Assembly: GCA_965224245.1 (NCBI GenBank)
Contig: OZ245046.1
Coordinates: 5,152,001-5,216,000, forward strand
DNA length: 64,000 nucleotides
Source: Candidatus Eiseniibacteriota bacterium
GTDB lineage: Bacteria; Eisenbacteria; RBG-16-71-46; CAZAMP01
Direction: 5' to 3'
Under the pieces are notes generated by a model, which saw only the letters and a program-made list of their open reading frames with translations, had not been told where the DNA came from and did not search any database. Position numbers and translations under genes: made by a program. The first letter of the stretch is position 1; each line of letters starts with the position of its first letter. Positions 1 through 10,076 of the stretch are shown piece by piece.

Positions 1-738
1 TTCCTGACCGGCTCGGCTCCGGTGCTGAGCGACGCGCAGATGCTCGCACTCGTCACGTTCCTGGTGGAGTGGCGCGACGCGGCTCGCGACGAGTTCGAGG
101 GCACGGGTCCCGGCTCTGGACACGGCGGCCCCGGCCGCGGCGGTCCCGGTCGGATGCTCCTCCTCGGAGGCTCGCTCCGCGACCTCGAGCTGACCGCCGA
201 CCAGCGCACGGCCGTGCGCGAGCTCGTGTCGACGTCGGCCGAGGCGTTGCGGGAACTCCTCGAGAGCGTCGCGAACGACGCGATCACCGCCGAGGCGCTG
301 CGCGACGCCGCCAAGGCCGTGTCCGCCGAGTTCGACACCGCGCTCGCGGATCTGATCGGCGCCGAGGCGTTCGCGACCGTTCTCGAGTCGCGCCTGGAAC
401 ACCTGGCCACGATGGCCGAGCACCGGATCGATCGACTCGACGACATGGCCGAGCGTCGCCTCGAGCATCTCACGGCGATCCTGGAGCTGGACGAGGACCA
501 GGTCGCGTCGGTGGGCGCGATCCTCGAGGCCGCGGTGGCGAGCATGGCCGCGACGCTCCAGTCGCTGGCCGACGGCTCGATCGATCAGTGGGACGCGATG
601 TATGCGGCCTACGTGACCGCGAACGAGGTCGCCGAGTCCATCGCGCAGGTTCTCGACACCACTCGGGCGGAGCTCTTCGCCGCACTCCGGGATCTCGTCC
701 CGATGCACGGGGGACCCGGTCCGCGCGGACGGCTCTGA
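1..738 (+). CDS. Helical hypothetical protein, 5'-truncated by the window (Spy/CpxP-like helical repeats possible)
   Basis: ORF 22..738 probably extends off the left edge. It has repeated 'L(E)LT.DQ' helices ('DLELTADQRTAV', 'ILELDEDQVASV') and Gly/Pro-rich linkers (GPGRGGPG). Confidence 0.6.
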   Translation, partial: FLTGSAPVLSDAQMLALVTFLVEWRDAARDEFEGTGPGSGHGGPGRGGPGRMLLLGGSLRDLELTADQRTAVRELVSTSAEALRELLESVANDAITAEALRDAAKAVSAEFDTALADLIGAEAFATVLESRLEHLATMAEHRIDRLDDMAERRLEHLTAILELDEDQVASVGAILEAAVASMAATLQSLADGSIDQWDAMYAAYVTANEVAESIAQVLDTTRAELFAALRDLVPMHGGPGPRGRL

Positions 739-777
739 GCCGAACCCAGGACGCCCAGCCCCCGATCCCCGGGCGCC

Positions 778-816
778 GCGGCGCCATCGACCTCCGGGTC
801 GGTGGCGCCGCCTTTC
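778..816 (+). terminator. Intrinsic terminator-like hairpin
   Basis: GCGGCGCCATCGACC-TCCG-GGTCGGTGGCGCCGC (15-bp stem with one G-U pair), followed by CTTTC, 40 nt after the stop at 738. Confidence 0.6.
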
Positions 817-1126
817 GTCATGAAGGCCGACGCGGCGCGGAGATCCCCGTCGGGGCCGTTTGATCCCTGCACGGCGCGCAGTGATAATGTCGCTGGTACC
901 CTCATCCGGACGAGCGAAACGGGTCCGTGCAGATCACGCGTGTCCTGACGAAGGTTCGGCGGCGATGCCGGTGCCCTCGAGCGCCCGTGCTCCCCCTCGT
1001 GGACGACGAGCGAGCCGATTCCGTCGAGGACGAGGCAGCCCGTGCGCGATCGGGAGCTCGTGACCCCGAGTGAGTGCTCGAGGAGGCCGAGACAAACGGA
1101 CCGTGCGAGGGAGGTGGGAGCGCCCC

Positions 1127-1732
1127 GTGTCGTCGTATCGCACGCTGGGCTCGGAGAGCCGACTCGAGATTCCGAAGATCAAGGGCTCTCGCTTCATCGC
1201 CACCTGCGTCCCGGTGGCCGACGCCACCGGGGCGAGCGTGGCGCTCGAGCGGATCCGCCGGGAGCTGTACGACGCCCGTCACCACTGCTCGGCCTATCGC
1301 CTGGGGCGCTCGACCGACGTGTTCCGCGCCGACGACGACGGCGAGCCCTCGGGATCGGCCGGCCGTCCCATCCTGCGTGAGATCGACGCACGCGATCTGG
1401 TCGACACGCTCGTGATCGTGACACGCTACTTCGGCGGGACGAAGCTCGGGGTGGGTGGGCTCGTTCGCGCGTACGGGTCGGCCGCCGGAGCGGCGCTCGA
1501 TGCCGCGGATGTGCGCACGATCGTCATCACGCAGCGCGTGACGGTCCGGCACGCCTACGAGCTCTCGAGCGCGATCGCGGCGGCTCTGGCCACGACCGGC
1601 CACCAGCCGGTGGCCGTGGAGTACCTGGAGGTCGTCACGCTGGCGTTCGACATCCCGGTCGGGGACGTCGAGCGCTTTCGCACCGAGGTCGTGAACCGCA
1701 CGGCGGGACAGGTCGAGATCGACGTCGCGTGA
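1127..1732 (+). CDS. yigZ: YigZ/IMPACT family protein
   Basis: Motifs KIKGSRFIA, ARHHCSAY, DDDGEPSGSAGRPIL and VTRYFGGTKLGVGGLVRAY. GTG start at 1127 follows GGGAG. Confidence 0.9.
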   Translation: MSSYRTLGSESRLEIPKIKGSRFIATCVPVADATGASVALERIRRELYDARHHCSAYRLGRSTDVFRADDDGEPSGSAGRPILREIDARDLVDTLVIVTRYFGGTKLGVGGLVRAYGSAAGAALDAADVRTIVITQRVTVRHAYELSSAIAAALATTGHQPVAVEYLEVVTLAFDIPVGDVERFRTEVVNRTAGQVEIDVA

Positions 1733-1864
1733 TCGGCCACGCGGGCGCACCACGACCGACCCCACGGCGGAGCCTGGTACGCGCTCACGCCGTGCGGTAA
1801 CCTCCACGCTCGCGTCCGCACGTTCAGCGTTTCGTGCGCTTGCACCCGATGTTGCGAGAGGCCG

Positions 1865-2689
1865 ATGTCGATCTCGTTCTCAGAGCGCCTCGATCACGCG
1901 ATCACGTCACGGAAGAGCCATCTCTGCATCGGGCTCGACCCCAACCCCGAGCGGATGGCCATTCCCGACGTCACGGCGTTCAATCGCGCCATCGTGACCG
2001 CGACCGCGGACGCGGCCTGCGCCTACAAGCTCCAGCTCGCGTTCTACGAGGCCGGCGGGTCGGACGGCATTCGCAGCCTCGAGGAGACGGTCGCGTTCAT
2101 CCGCACGGAGGCGCCCGGCGTCCTCGTGATCGGCGACGGGAAGCGGGGTGACATCGGATCCACCGCGACCGCGTACGCGAGGGCCATGTTCGAGACGTGG
2201 GGTTTCGACGCGGCCACCGTCAACGCCTACCAGGGACGCGACGCGATCGAGCCGTTCCTCGCGTACGAGGGACGCGGCGCGTTCGTCCTCTGCCGGACGT
2301 CCAATCCCAGCTCGACCGAGCTCCAGGAGCTCTCCGTGTCGCGCGACGGCCAGCCGGTGCTGCTCTACCGGCACGTGGCCGAGCTCTGCGAGACGTGGTC
2401 GGCGGGTCGGGGCAACGTGGGGCTCGTCGTGGGGGCGACGGCGCCCGAACGGCTGGAGGAGCTGCGCGATCGTCACCCCGAGATGCCGTTCCTGGTCCCC
2501 GGCATCGGCGCGCAGGGGGGCGACGTGACGCGCGTGATGCGCGTGGCCGCCAGCGCGGCCGGACGCGGGGTGATCCTCAACTCGTCGCGTCAGATCCTCT
2601 ACGCGTCGAGCGACCCCGACACGTTCGCGAATGCCGCGCGCCGCGTCGCGCTGGCCACGCGCGAGGAGATCACGCGCGCGCTCGGCTGA
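1865..2689 (+). CDS. pyrF: Orotidine-5'-phosphate decarboxylase (subfamily 2)
   Basis: LCIGLDP, YKLQLAFYE, DGKRGDIGST (DxKxxDI), CRTSNP, VVGAT, LVPGIGAQGG, NSSRQI. Confidence 0.95.
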   Translation: MSISFSERLDHAITSRKSHLCIGLDPNPERMAIPDVTAFNRAIVTATADAACAYKLQLAFYEAGGSDGIRSLEETVAFIRTEAPGVLVIGDGKRGDIGSTATAYARAMFETWGFDAATVNAYQGRDAIEPFLAYEGRGAFVLCRTSNPSSTELQELSVSRDGQPVLLYRHVAELCETWSAGRGNVGLVVGATAPERLEELRDRHPEMPFLVPGIGAQGGDVTRVMRVAASAAGRGVILNSSRQILYASSDPDTFANAARRVALATREEITRALG

Positions 2690-2772
2690 CGACACTCACC
2701 GTCACGCGGAAGGTGTCGGCCGGGCGCTCGCGCGGCGCTCGCCGGCGAGGCGCCGGCTCCGGGTCGATCCGT

Positions 2773-3450
2773 TCAGAGTCCCGCCGCCCTCAGCGCGGAG
2801 CCGTCGCCCGTCTCGAGCGCGGGGACCAGCTCGCAGAGCCGCTTCTTCAACGCGAGCCGGGCGCGGTTGACGCGGCTTCGCACCGTGCCGCCCGGGATCG
2901 CGAGCACGTCGGCGATCTCGCCGTACGCGAGGCCCTGCAGATCGCGCAGCACGAGGATCTCCCGATGATGGGGGGCGAGGTCCTCGATGGCGCCGCGCAC
3001 GAGCGCCGCGGTGTCGCCGCGACTGACCGTCTCGTCCGCCAGCGGTCCGTCGTCCTCGAGCTGGAACGTGTACCCGTCGTTCATGCCGGTGACCGGGTCG
3101 ATCGGCATCGATGCGCCCTGCCGTTTCACGCGGCGCAGCTCGTTGCGTGCGATGTTCAACGCGATCGTGTGCAGCCAGGTCGTGAAGCGAGCCGTCGCGC
3201 GGTACCTCCGGCGATGGCGGAAGACACGCACGAAGACCTCCTGGCTGAGCTCCTCGGCCCGATCGCGGTCGCGCACGACCCGCGCGATCAGGTTGATCAC
3301 GTGGGCGCCGTGACGATCGACCAGCGCCCGAAACGCCGCGTCGGAGTCCTCGGCGCAGAGGGCCATGAGCTCCTCGTCGCTCGTGGTCGAGAAATCGAAA
3401 CGCCGCTCGCGCGCCGGGGCGCGTGGGATGGCGAGAATGTTGTCGCTCAT
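2773..3450 (-). CDS. ECF (sigma-70 group 4) sigma factor, paralog A
   Basis: Region 2 'AEELSQEVFVRVF...FTTWLHTIALNIARNELRR' and region 4 'LAYGEIADVLAIPGGTVRSRVNRAR'. AAGGAG RBS. Confidence 0.92.
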   Translation of the reverse strand: MSDNILAIPRAPARERRFDFSTTSDEELMALCAEDSDAAFRALVDRHGAHVINLIARVVRDRDRAEELSQEVFVRVFRHRRRYRATARFTTWLHTIALNIARNELRRVKRQGASMPIDPVTGMNDGYTFQLEDDGPLADETVSRGDTAALVRGAIEDLAPHHREILVLRDLQGLAYGEIADVLAIPGGTVRSRVNRARLALKKRLCELVPALETGDGSALRAAGL

Positions 3451-3495
3451 GACAGGCTCCTTGTGTCGAGGTGGAGTGCCTCGCCGTCACGAGGT

Positions 3496-3511
3496 ATCAA
3501 GGGGCGTGCCG
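3496..3511 (-). promoter_or_regulatory. Possible sigma-54 (-24/-12) promoter upstream of ECF paralog A
   Basis: The minus strand reads CGGCACG-CCCC-TTGAT against the consensus TGGCACG-N4-TTGCW (the conserved -12 C is A here). An AT-rich tract at ~3528-3552 lies upstream. Confidence 0.35.
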
Positions 3512-3733
3512 AAAGCCGGCCAAGGTCGTAAATAGCTGTAAATATGGTATTTAGGGAACCGGAAGCGAACAAGCGTCGAACGGCGGTTCGCATCGTTGCA
3601 TCACCTGCGTGTGACGCGGATGCCACAGGTGGGGCGGGGATGCGATGCCGGCCGCGCGGGTCCCGGAAGGACCTCCGCCCGCCTCTTCACAGCGGGAGAA
3701 CGAGCAGGGGACGGAGGTCCGGGAGTCCGGTGG

Positions 3734-5056
3734 CTACGGCAGCACGGTGAGGCGGCGTGTCGTGGTCAGACCGGTGGTCGAGACCCGCACGAAGTACACG
3801 CCCGGGCTCACCGACCGACCCCGGTCATCGAGCCCGTTCCAGACCACGGACCGTGCGCCGGCGTCCTCGACGCGGTCGATCAGCGTCCGGTGACGGCGGC
3901 CCGCGACGTCGTAGACGCCGAGCGAGACGCGGCCGGCCTCGGCCAGCACATACGAGATCTCCGCGCCGGCGCGCGTCGGGTTGGGCGCCATGCGCGAGAT
4001 GTCGACCGGCGGGACCGACACGTCACCGACACTCACGACGGCGTCCAGGTCGACGCGGAAGCCTCGGATCGCGAAGGAGGGGTCGAAGCCCCAGCCGACG
4101 ATCACGCGTCCGTCCGCGGAGACGCCGGTGGCGGTGGCGAGCGTCCAGCCCTCGGCCCCGGTGATGCCCTCGGCCGCTAGATAGTCGTCGAGGCGCTGCA
4201 GCCCCGCGCCCTCGATCCAGATGAACGCGGCACGGTCTCCACCGAAGCCGGACCAGCCCACGATGACCGAGCCGTCGTCGCTCACGTCGGTCGCGCTCGA
4301 GCGCCAGTTGAAGCCCGCGAGGCCGCCGATCGACTCCACGGCCGATCCGCCGATCCAGCGGTAGGCGTCCGAGGTGGCGGTGCTGCCGCCCACGACGACC
4401 GAGCCGTCCGGCGTGGCCGCCTGCGCCTCGCCCACCGGGATCGAGGACGCGTCGACCAGCAACGTCTGCACGCCGTCGACCCAGATCGCCCCCTGACGGA
4501 AGCCGTCGCTGGCATCCTGCCAGCCCACGATGACCGTTCCGTCCGCGGAAACGTTGTTGGCCCGCGAGCTGCGGTCGGCGACCGTGCTGCCCAGATCGAC
4601 CCAGCCGGTGCTCTCTTCCCAGGCGATCGCGTGCGCGCGGCAGCCCGGCACCCAGCCGAGTCCGACGATCGCGGAGCCGTCGCCGTCGACGCCCCACGCG
4701 CTGCTCAGGAACGCGTCGCACGAGGCGCCGCCGGGCACGAGGCCGAGGCTCGTCCATCCGTCGACACGGTTCCACCGGGCGGCGGTCTGGAGGCCGCCGT
4801 CGTCGATCGTGCCCACGACGGTCTGCCCGTCGTCGGTGATTCCCGAGCCCTCGAGACCGCCGATCAGCTCCACACCGCCCGACGCGGTCCAGAGAAACGC
4901 CTGGCCGGTCGATGTGGACGTGCCGACCACGGTGTCGCCGTCGGGCGTGCAGCCGTCGGGGAACAGGTTCAATCCGAGGTCTTCGAAGGGTGTGGCCGCC
5001 ACGGTCGTCGGGAGGATCCAGACGGCGGCGATCGAGAGGATCATACGAGCTTTCAT
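3734..5056 (-). CDS. Secreted protein with HAF-like extracellular repeats and a C-terminal FlgD-Ig/T9SS-like domain
   Basis: Signal peptide MKARMILSIAAVWILPTTVAA. About seven '(A)xxVSxDGxVIVG...A(F/I)xW' repeats. C-terminus 'PNPTRAG...VYDVAGR...VVWNGLDDRG...PGVYF'. Confidence 0.85.
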   Translation of the reverse strand: MKARMILSIAAVWILPTTVAATPFEDLGLNLFPDGCTPDGDTVVGTSTSTGQAFLWTASGGVELIGGLEGSGITDDGQTVVGTIDDGGLQTAARWNRVDGWTSLGLVPGGASCDAFLSSAWGVDGDGSAIVGLGWVPGCRAHAIAWEESTGWVDLGSTVADRSSRANNVSADGTVIVGWQDASDGFRQGAIWVDGVQTLLVDASSIPVGEAQAATPDGSVVVGGSTATSDAYRWIGGSAVESIGGLAGFNWRSSATDVSDDGSVIVGWSGFGGDRAAFIWIEGAGLQRLDDYLAAEGITGAEGWTLATATGVSADGRVIVGWGFDPSFAIRGFRVDLDAVVSVGDVSVPPVDISRMAPNPTRAGAEISYVLAEAGRVSLGVYDVAGRRHRTLIDRVEDAGARSVVWNGLDDRGRSVSPGVYFVRVSTTGLTTTRRLTVLP

Positions 5057-5174
5057 CGCGTGACTCCTGAGACGCGGAGTCCTCGGCGTCTGGACTCCGC
5101 GCCGGTTGTGGGCCGCGCGCGCTGACCGAGGTGTCCGGCCACCGCGCTCGCCAGAGAGCGTAGCACAACTTCCC

Positions 5175-5215
5175 AAGAACTCCGAGAATTCTCTAAGAGA
5201 ATTTCCAGAGTTCTT
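5175..5215. promoter_or_regulatory. 41-bp AT-rich palindrome (putative operator) in a divergent intergenic region
   Basis: AAGAACTC-cgag-AATTCTCT-A-AGAGAATT-tcca-GAGTTCTT, two nested perfect 8-bp inverted repeats centred on 5195. Confidence 0.6.
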
Positions 5216-5329
5216 TTTCCGAGATCCCGACGCGTGTGTTACGCTCGGCGGCGCGGGCGGACGGAGGTCCGTGATCGCCGCAAGCGATTGAACCAAAATC
5301 GATTGAAATCCAACCCAGGGAGACGTCAC

Positions 5330-6586
5330 GTGACCGACGCCGGGCTCTCGGCCACTCGGCCGGCCTCCGACGCCGACATCGATGCCCAGATCAAGACGGT
5401 GGCCGAGGACCTCCGCGAGACCCTGAGCGCGGTCGCGGTGGGGGTCACCGGCGCCGCGATCCGCCCGGCCCGCCTGGTTCGAGATCTCGGCATCGACAAG
5501 AGCCTCGCCAGCCGCCTCGCACGCGGGCTCCGGGCGTCGACCGCGTACGAACTCATCCACTTCCTGCCGGCACCCACCGGGCTCCGGATCTACCTCCGCG
5601 CGGCCGCGCAGGCGGGAGTCCCGCGTGCGCTGACCGCCCGCGCGGAGCGCGCGGTCGACGCGTTCCAGGCGCTGCTCGATGGGCTCCCCGGCGGACGAGC
5701 CGCCCTCGACACGCTGATCTCGGCGTCGGTCGCCGAGGTTCGAGACCGGAGCGAGCGCAGCGCGAAGCAGGCCGTCTATCGCGGGATGAGCACGCTCCTC
5801 GGCTTCCACTGCGATGCCATCACGTCGACGCTGATCTTCTTCCCGTCCGAGCGGTCCGACCGCGTGGATGCCGTCGAGGTCAGCCAGCGACGCGGCATCC
5901 GCCGGCTGCGACCGAGCACGCCGGTCGCGCTGTTCAGCGTCGCCATGGATGTGAAGGGCGAGGCGGACGGCGAGCTACCCGTTCTGGAGACGATCGACGG
6001 CGGGCGCAACGTCCGGGATCCCCGGCGCTACCTGCTGCCGGGTCACTCGAGCGATCCGCTACCGGATCTCGACCTCATCGAGGAGAACGGACATCTCGTG
6101 TTCGGACTCTCGGACGACACGATCTCGCTGCACCATCCGGTGACCGTGGCGTCGATCCTCGTCGTGCGGCGTGGCTGGCCACGCTACCGCGATGAGACCG
6201 CGCCCGACGCCGCGCGCACGTACCTCCTGCACTATCCCTGCAAGCGGGTCGTCCGAGAGGTCTACGTCCACGACGAGATCTACGTGGGCGCGAATCCGGA
6301 CGTTCGCTTCGAGTTCCCGAGCCCGAGGGGCTCGCGTACGGCTCGACCCACCGGCAAGGCGGCCCGGCTGAACACGCTCGACGTGGTGTGTCCGATCGAG
6401 CAGCTCGGAGTCGGGATCACGCGCGGGGCGGTCCCCGGTCTGCCCGGACACGCCGAGATGGTCCGCGATGCGTTCGCGCTGGCCGGCCTGGACGCGACGC
6501 GGTTCCGCGGCTACCGCACGGATTTGGCCTACCCGGTCCCGATGACGACGATGGGCTGGTGGATCCCGGTCCCGGAGCGACGCTGA
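5330..6586 (+). CDS. Hypothetical protein with an N-terminal HTH-like motif (putative regulator)
   Basis: GTG at 5330 after GGGAG. 'RPARLVRDLGIDKSLASRLARGL' resembles a helix-turn-helix. The remainder is unrecognised. Confidence 0.65.
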   Translation: MTDAGLSATRPASDADIDAQIKTVAEDLRETLSAVAVGVTGAAIRPARLVRDLGIDKSLASRLARGLRASTAYELIHFLPAPTGLRIYLRAAAQAGVPRALTARAERAVDAFQALLDGLPGGRAALDTLISASVAEVRDRSERSAKQAVYRGMSTLLGFHCDAITSTLIFFPSERSDRVDAVEVSQRRGIRRLRPSTPVALFSVAMDVKGEADGELPVLETIDGGRNVRDPRRYLLPGHSSDPLPDLDLIEENGHLVFGLSDDTISLHHPVTVASILVVRRGWPRYRDETAPDAARTYLLHYPCKRVVREVYVHDEIYVGANPDVRFEFPSPRGSRTARPTGKAARLNTLDVVCPIEQLGVGITRGAVPGLPGHAEMVRDAFALAGLDATRFRGYRTDLAYPVPMTTMGWWIPVPERR

Positions 6587-6637
6587 CGACGGCCGCTCCA
6601 CGGAATCGAGATCATCGCCCGAGGGCGAGTGCCAGGC

Positions 6638-7054
6638 TCAGGCCCACGGATCGTAGGTGCCGAAGCTCCACACGTGTCCCTCTAGATCGCGGCACGTGTA
6701 GCCGCGGCCGCCATAGTCCTGGTCCACCAGCGGCAGGATCACGCGCGCGCCCGCGGCGACCGCGCGAGCATGGTGCGCGTCAGCATCGTCCACGACCACG
6801 TACGACGACTGCGTGTTGGCGCCGTCGGGTCCGTCGGGCGGTCGCACGACCTGTCCGAAGGAGTCGTCCAGCGCCGAGCCGAGCATGATCATGCTGTTGC
6901 CGAAGCGAAGCTGCGCGTGGGGCACGGTCCCGTCCGGCCCCGGGACCACGAGATGGCGCTCGAAGCCGAAGGCCTCGCAGAGCCAGTCGATCGCGGCGTG
7001 GGCATCACGATAGCGGATCCCCGGGATGACCCTGGCGTATCCGGACTTGCTCAT
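6638..7054 (-). CDS. VOC/glyoxalase/bleomycin-resistance family protein
   Basis: AIDWLCEAFGF, HAQLRFGNSMIML, DQDYGGRGYTCRDLEGHVWSFG. Confidence 0.9.
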   Translation of the reverse strand: MSKSGYARVIPGIRYRDAHAAIDWLCEAFGFERHLVVPGPDGTVPHAQLRFGNSMIMLGSALDDSFGQVVRPPDGPDGANTQSSYVVVDDADAHHARAVAAGARVILPLVDQDYGGRGYTCRDLEGHVWSFGTYDPWA

Positions 7055-7225
7055 GCTGGTCCCTCCTCGCTCACGGGATGCGCGGCGTGCCCCCGCACAG
7101 TAGAGTGCGGACGCGTGTCACGCAGGTGACGTCCCCGGCCGGGGACGATGATCGCCCGAACGGCCCCGGTAGGTCCAGCGGCCCGCGGCGGCGACACGCG
7201 CGCAGGCTCTCGACCCGGAGGTGCG

Positions 7226-8489
7226 GTGAACGACGTCGGGTATCTGATCATCGCCGCCGCGGTTCTCGCGTTCGCGCTCGGGGCCCGTACCCTGTCGCGA
7301 TCGGTCGTCACCGCGCCGATGGCGTTTCTCGTCGTGGGGCTCCTGCTGTCGGAATCGGGGCTCGTGCGGGGCGAAGGTGCCGAGCGCCTGCTGCACGTCC
7401 TCGCCGAGGCGACGCTGGTACTGGTGCTGTTCTCCGACGCCGCCCGGATCGACCTCCTCGCGCTCCGGCGAAAGCACGTGTGGCCGATGCGCATGCTCGT
7501 GATCGGCCTGCCGACTGGCGGTCGTCCTGGGGACGGTGGCCTTTCGCGTGCTGCTGCCGGACTGGTCGGTGTGGTCGGTGGCGCTGCTCGCCGCGATCCT
7601 GGCCCCGACGGATGCGGCCCTGGGGCAGGCCGTCATCACCAACCGCAACGTTCCCGAGCGGGTCCGGCGCGCGCTGACAGTGGAGAGCGGTCTGAACGAC
7701 GGGCTCGCGCTCCCCATCGTCTTGCTTTTCGGCTGTCTCGCGTCCGCGCACGCGGCCGGCGACCAGAACTGGCCGCTGTTCACGCTCGCACAGCTCGCGC
7801 TGGGTCCGGTGGCCGGCGTCGCGGTCGGGTACACCGGGGCCAGGCTCCTTCGAGGCGCGTCCGACCGTGGGGCGACCGATGCGGCGTACGAGGGCATCGT
7901 CGTGCTCGCGCTGGCGGCCCTGGCCTACCTCGCCGCCACGGCGATCGGCGGGAACGGCTTCATCGCGGCGTTCGCGGCCGGTCTCGCGTTCGGTCACGCA
8001 GTCGGTGGCCGGTGCCGGTTCGTCTTCGAGTTCGCCGAGGCCGAGGGCAACGCACTCGTGCTGGTCACGTTCCTGGTGCTCGGCGCGTCGCTCCTGCCCG
8101 ACGCCATCGCGCGCGCCGAGCCGGGCGTGGTCGTGGCCGGGATCGTGAGCCTGGTCGCGGTTCGACCGCTGGCGATCTGGCTGTCACTGCTCGGCACGGA
8201 CGCCGCGCCGATCACGCGACTGTTCTTCGGCTGGTTCGGTCCGCGCGGCCTGGCCTCGGCGCTCTTCGCGCTCCTGATCGTACCGCAGCTGGATGCCGAG
8301 ATGGCCGACGCCGTGCTCGCGGCGGCCGTGCTCGTGGTCGGGATCAGCGCGGTCTTGCACGGCATGACGGCGGCCCCCGCCGCGGTCTGGTACGGACGGC
8401 ACGTGCGTGGCGGCGGCGACCGCCCGGAGACGATGCCGATCGAGTCGAGCGCGATGCCGCTGCGCCACGACGCATCGCGTCGATCCTAG
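7226..8489 (+). pseudogene. Cation:proton antiporter (CPA1/NhaP-like), interrupted by a +1 frameshift near 7514 (may be an assembly error)
   Basis: The N-terminal half (LAEATLVLVLFSDA...RMLVIGLP) is in the 7148 frame. The C-terminal half (LAPTDAALGQ, VESGLNDG, GWFGPRGLAS) is in the 7536 frame. Deleting the A at 7514 restores IGLP-LAVVLGT. Confidence 0.8.
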
Positions 8490-8507
8490 CAGCGCCCCTG
8501 CGGCGCG

Positions 8508-9254
8508 CTACCGGTAGGCCGGGTTGTCGAAGTCGAACCGACAGCCGGCCTCCCACTCCGAGCGCTGGTTCCCGTGCGCCGGAATGCCGCCCGCGTCCTT
8601 GAGCATCCGGGCCATGTGCATCAGGTTCCAGGTCATGAACGTCGTGTTTCGATTGGTGAAGTCGTTCTCGGGACCGCCGGATCCCTCGTCCAGGTAGGAC
8701 GGGCCGGGACCGGCCTCGCCCAGCCAGGCCGCGTCGGCCTGCGGCGGGATCACGTAGCCGAGGTGCTGGAGCGAGTAGAGGATGTTCATCGCGCAGTGCT
8801 TCGCGCCGTCCTCGTTGCCGGTGATCAGGCAGCCGCCGACCTTCCCGTAGTCGGCGTACTGGCCCTGTGCATTCAGGATGTGTGAGTTGGCGTAGAGCCG
8901 TTCGATCACCTGCGTGCACACCGACGTCTTCTCGCCGAGCCAGATCGCGCTGCCGATCACGACGATGTCGGCCGCGGTGACCTTCGCGTAGAGCCGGGGC
9001 CACTCGTCTGTGTCCCAGCCGTGCTCGGTCATGTCACCGTAGATTCCGAACGCGATGTCGTGGTCCACCGGACGCACGAGCTCGCACGAGATGCCGTTCT
9101 TCTCCATGATCCCCATGGAGATCCGGATGAGCCCCTCGGTGTGGGACAGCTGTGGGGTCTTCTTCAGCGTGCAGTTCAGGAACAGCGCGCGGAGATCGGA
9201 GAAGTCCCACCGACTCCGGCTGCACAGATCGAGCTGCCTCTCGTTCAGGCTCAT
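8508..9254 (-). CDS. Flavodoxin family / NADPH-dependent FMN reductase
   Basis: LNCTLKK...SHTEGL, ADIVVIGSAIWLGEK, GCLITGNEDGAKH. ATG at 9254 after AGGAGG. Confidence 0.85.
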   Translation of the reverse strand: MSLNERQLDLCSRSRWDFSDLRALFLNCTLKKTPQLSHTEGLIRISMGIMEKNGISCELVRPVDHDIAFGIYGDMTEHGWDTDEWPRLYAKVTAADIVVIGSAIWLGEKTSVCTQVIERLYANSHILNAQGQYADYGKVGGCLITGNEDGAKHCAMNILYSLQHLGYVIPPQADAAWLGEAGPGPSYLDEGSGGPENDFTNRNTTFMTWNLMHMARMLKDAGGIPAHGNQRSEWEAGCRFDFDNPAYR

Positions 9255-9301
9255 CACCGCCTCCTGGCTCAGGCCACCGACTCCGGCTGGACCCGACCAG
9301 G

Positions 9302-9847
9302 TTACACGCTCACCCGGCCCGCGCGAAGTCCGCGAGCGCGGCACACCGGATCCAGCGCCGCACGCCAGATACGACGCTTTTCGGCGCGCGAGATGGCGGC
9401 GTGCGCGGGGCTGGTCGAGGGCAGGCGGCGATGTCGGATGTCGCGATGCGTGCTCAGTGTCGGCAACACGTGACGCCGATAGTGGGTCTCGGCCGTCGCA
9501 CCGTTGAACAGCACGTCGCTGATCGCCGGGTGGGACGCGAGGAATCCCTCGATGTCGTTCGCGGTGACGGACCCGCCGTCGATCGCCGAATCGAGGCTGC
9601 CCCGCCGCGCGCACGAGGCCAGCACGTCCCAGAGCGCGAGGCCCCCGGCCCTCACGGCGGTCACCCGGACGTCGTAGGGCGAGTCGGGGTCGATGCCGAG
9701 GACGTCACACACGATCGGCCAGAACGCGTTTCGCGGGTGGGCGTAGTACTGACCGGCCTCCAGCGAGGCCACGCCGGGCATGCTTCCCAGGATCAGCACC
9801 CGGGCGAAACGGTCGCCGATCGGGGGGAAGCTACGAACGACCGTCAT
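9302..9847 (-). CDS. UDG-superfamily DNA glycosylase (DNA-deoxyinosine glycosylase/Mug-like)
   Basis: LILGSMPGVASL, QYYAHPRNAFW, LWDV, FNG, LPSTSPA. Confidence 0.9.
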   Translation of the reverse strand: MTVVRSFPPIGDRFARVLILGSMPGVASLEAGQYYAHPRNAFWPIVCDVLGIDPDSPYDVRVTAVRAGGLALWDVLASCARRGSLDSAIDGGSVTANDIEGFLASHPAISDVLFNGATAETHYRRHVLPTLSTHRDIRHRRLPSTSPAHAAISRAEKRRIWRAALDPVCRARGLRAGRVSV

Positions 9848-10055
9848 CGCGCTCGGTGCGGGTGAGCGTTGCCACGATCATCGAGCCGACCGCCGCGAAC
9901 GTCAACGACCAGAGCGCGAGTCCGGCCCAGTTGCCGGGGGTCGAGAACAGCGATGCCAGGGACGTCGTCTCTCGATCGAGCAGTCCCAGGCCGATTGCCG
10001 CCAGCAGGCTGGTGCAGGCGACGATCACGTACCGGCGGCGACTGTGCATGGCCAT
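9831..10055 (-). CDS. Small two-TM membrane protein
   Basis: 74 aa with two hydrophobic segments. GGAG RBS. Overlaps the start of the glycosylase gene. Confidence 0.55.
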   Translation of the reverse strand: MAMHSRRRYVIVACTSLLAAIGLGLLDRETTSLASLFSTPGNWAGLALWSLTFAAVGSMIVATLTRTERDDGRS

Positions 10056-10076
10056 CTCCCGGGGACGAGCCCGACG

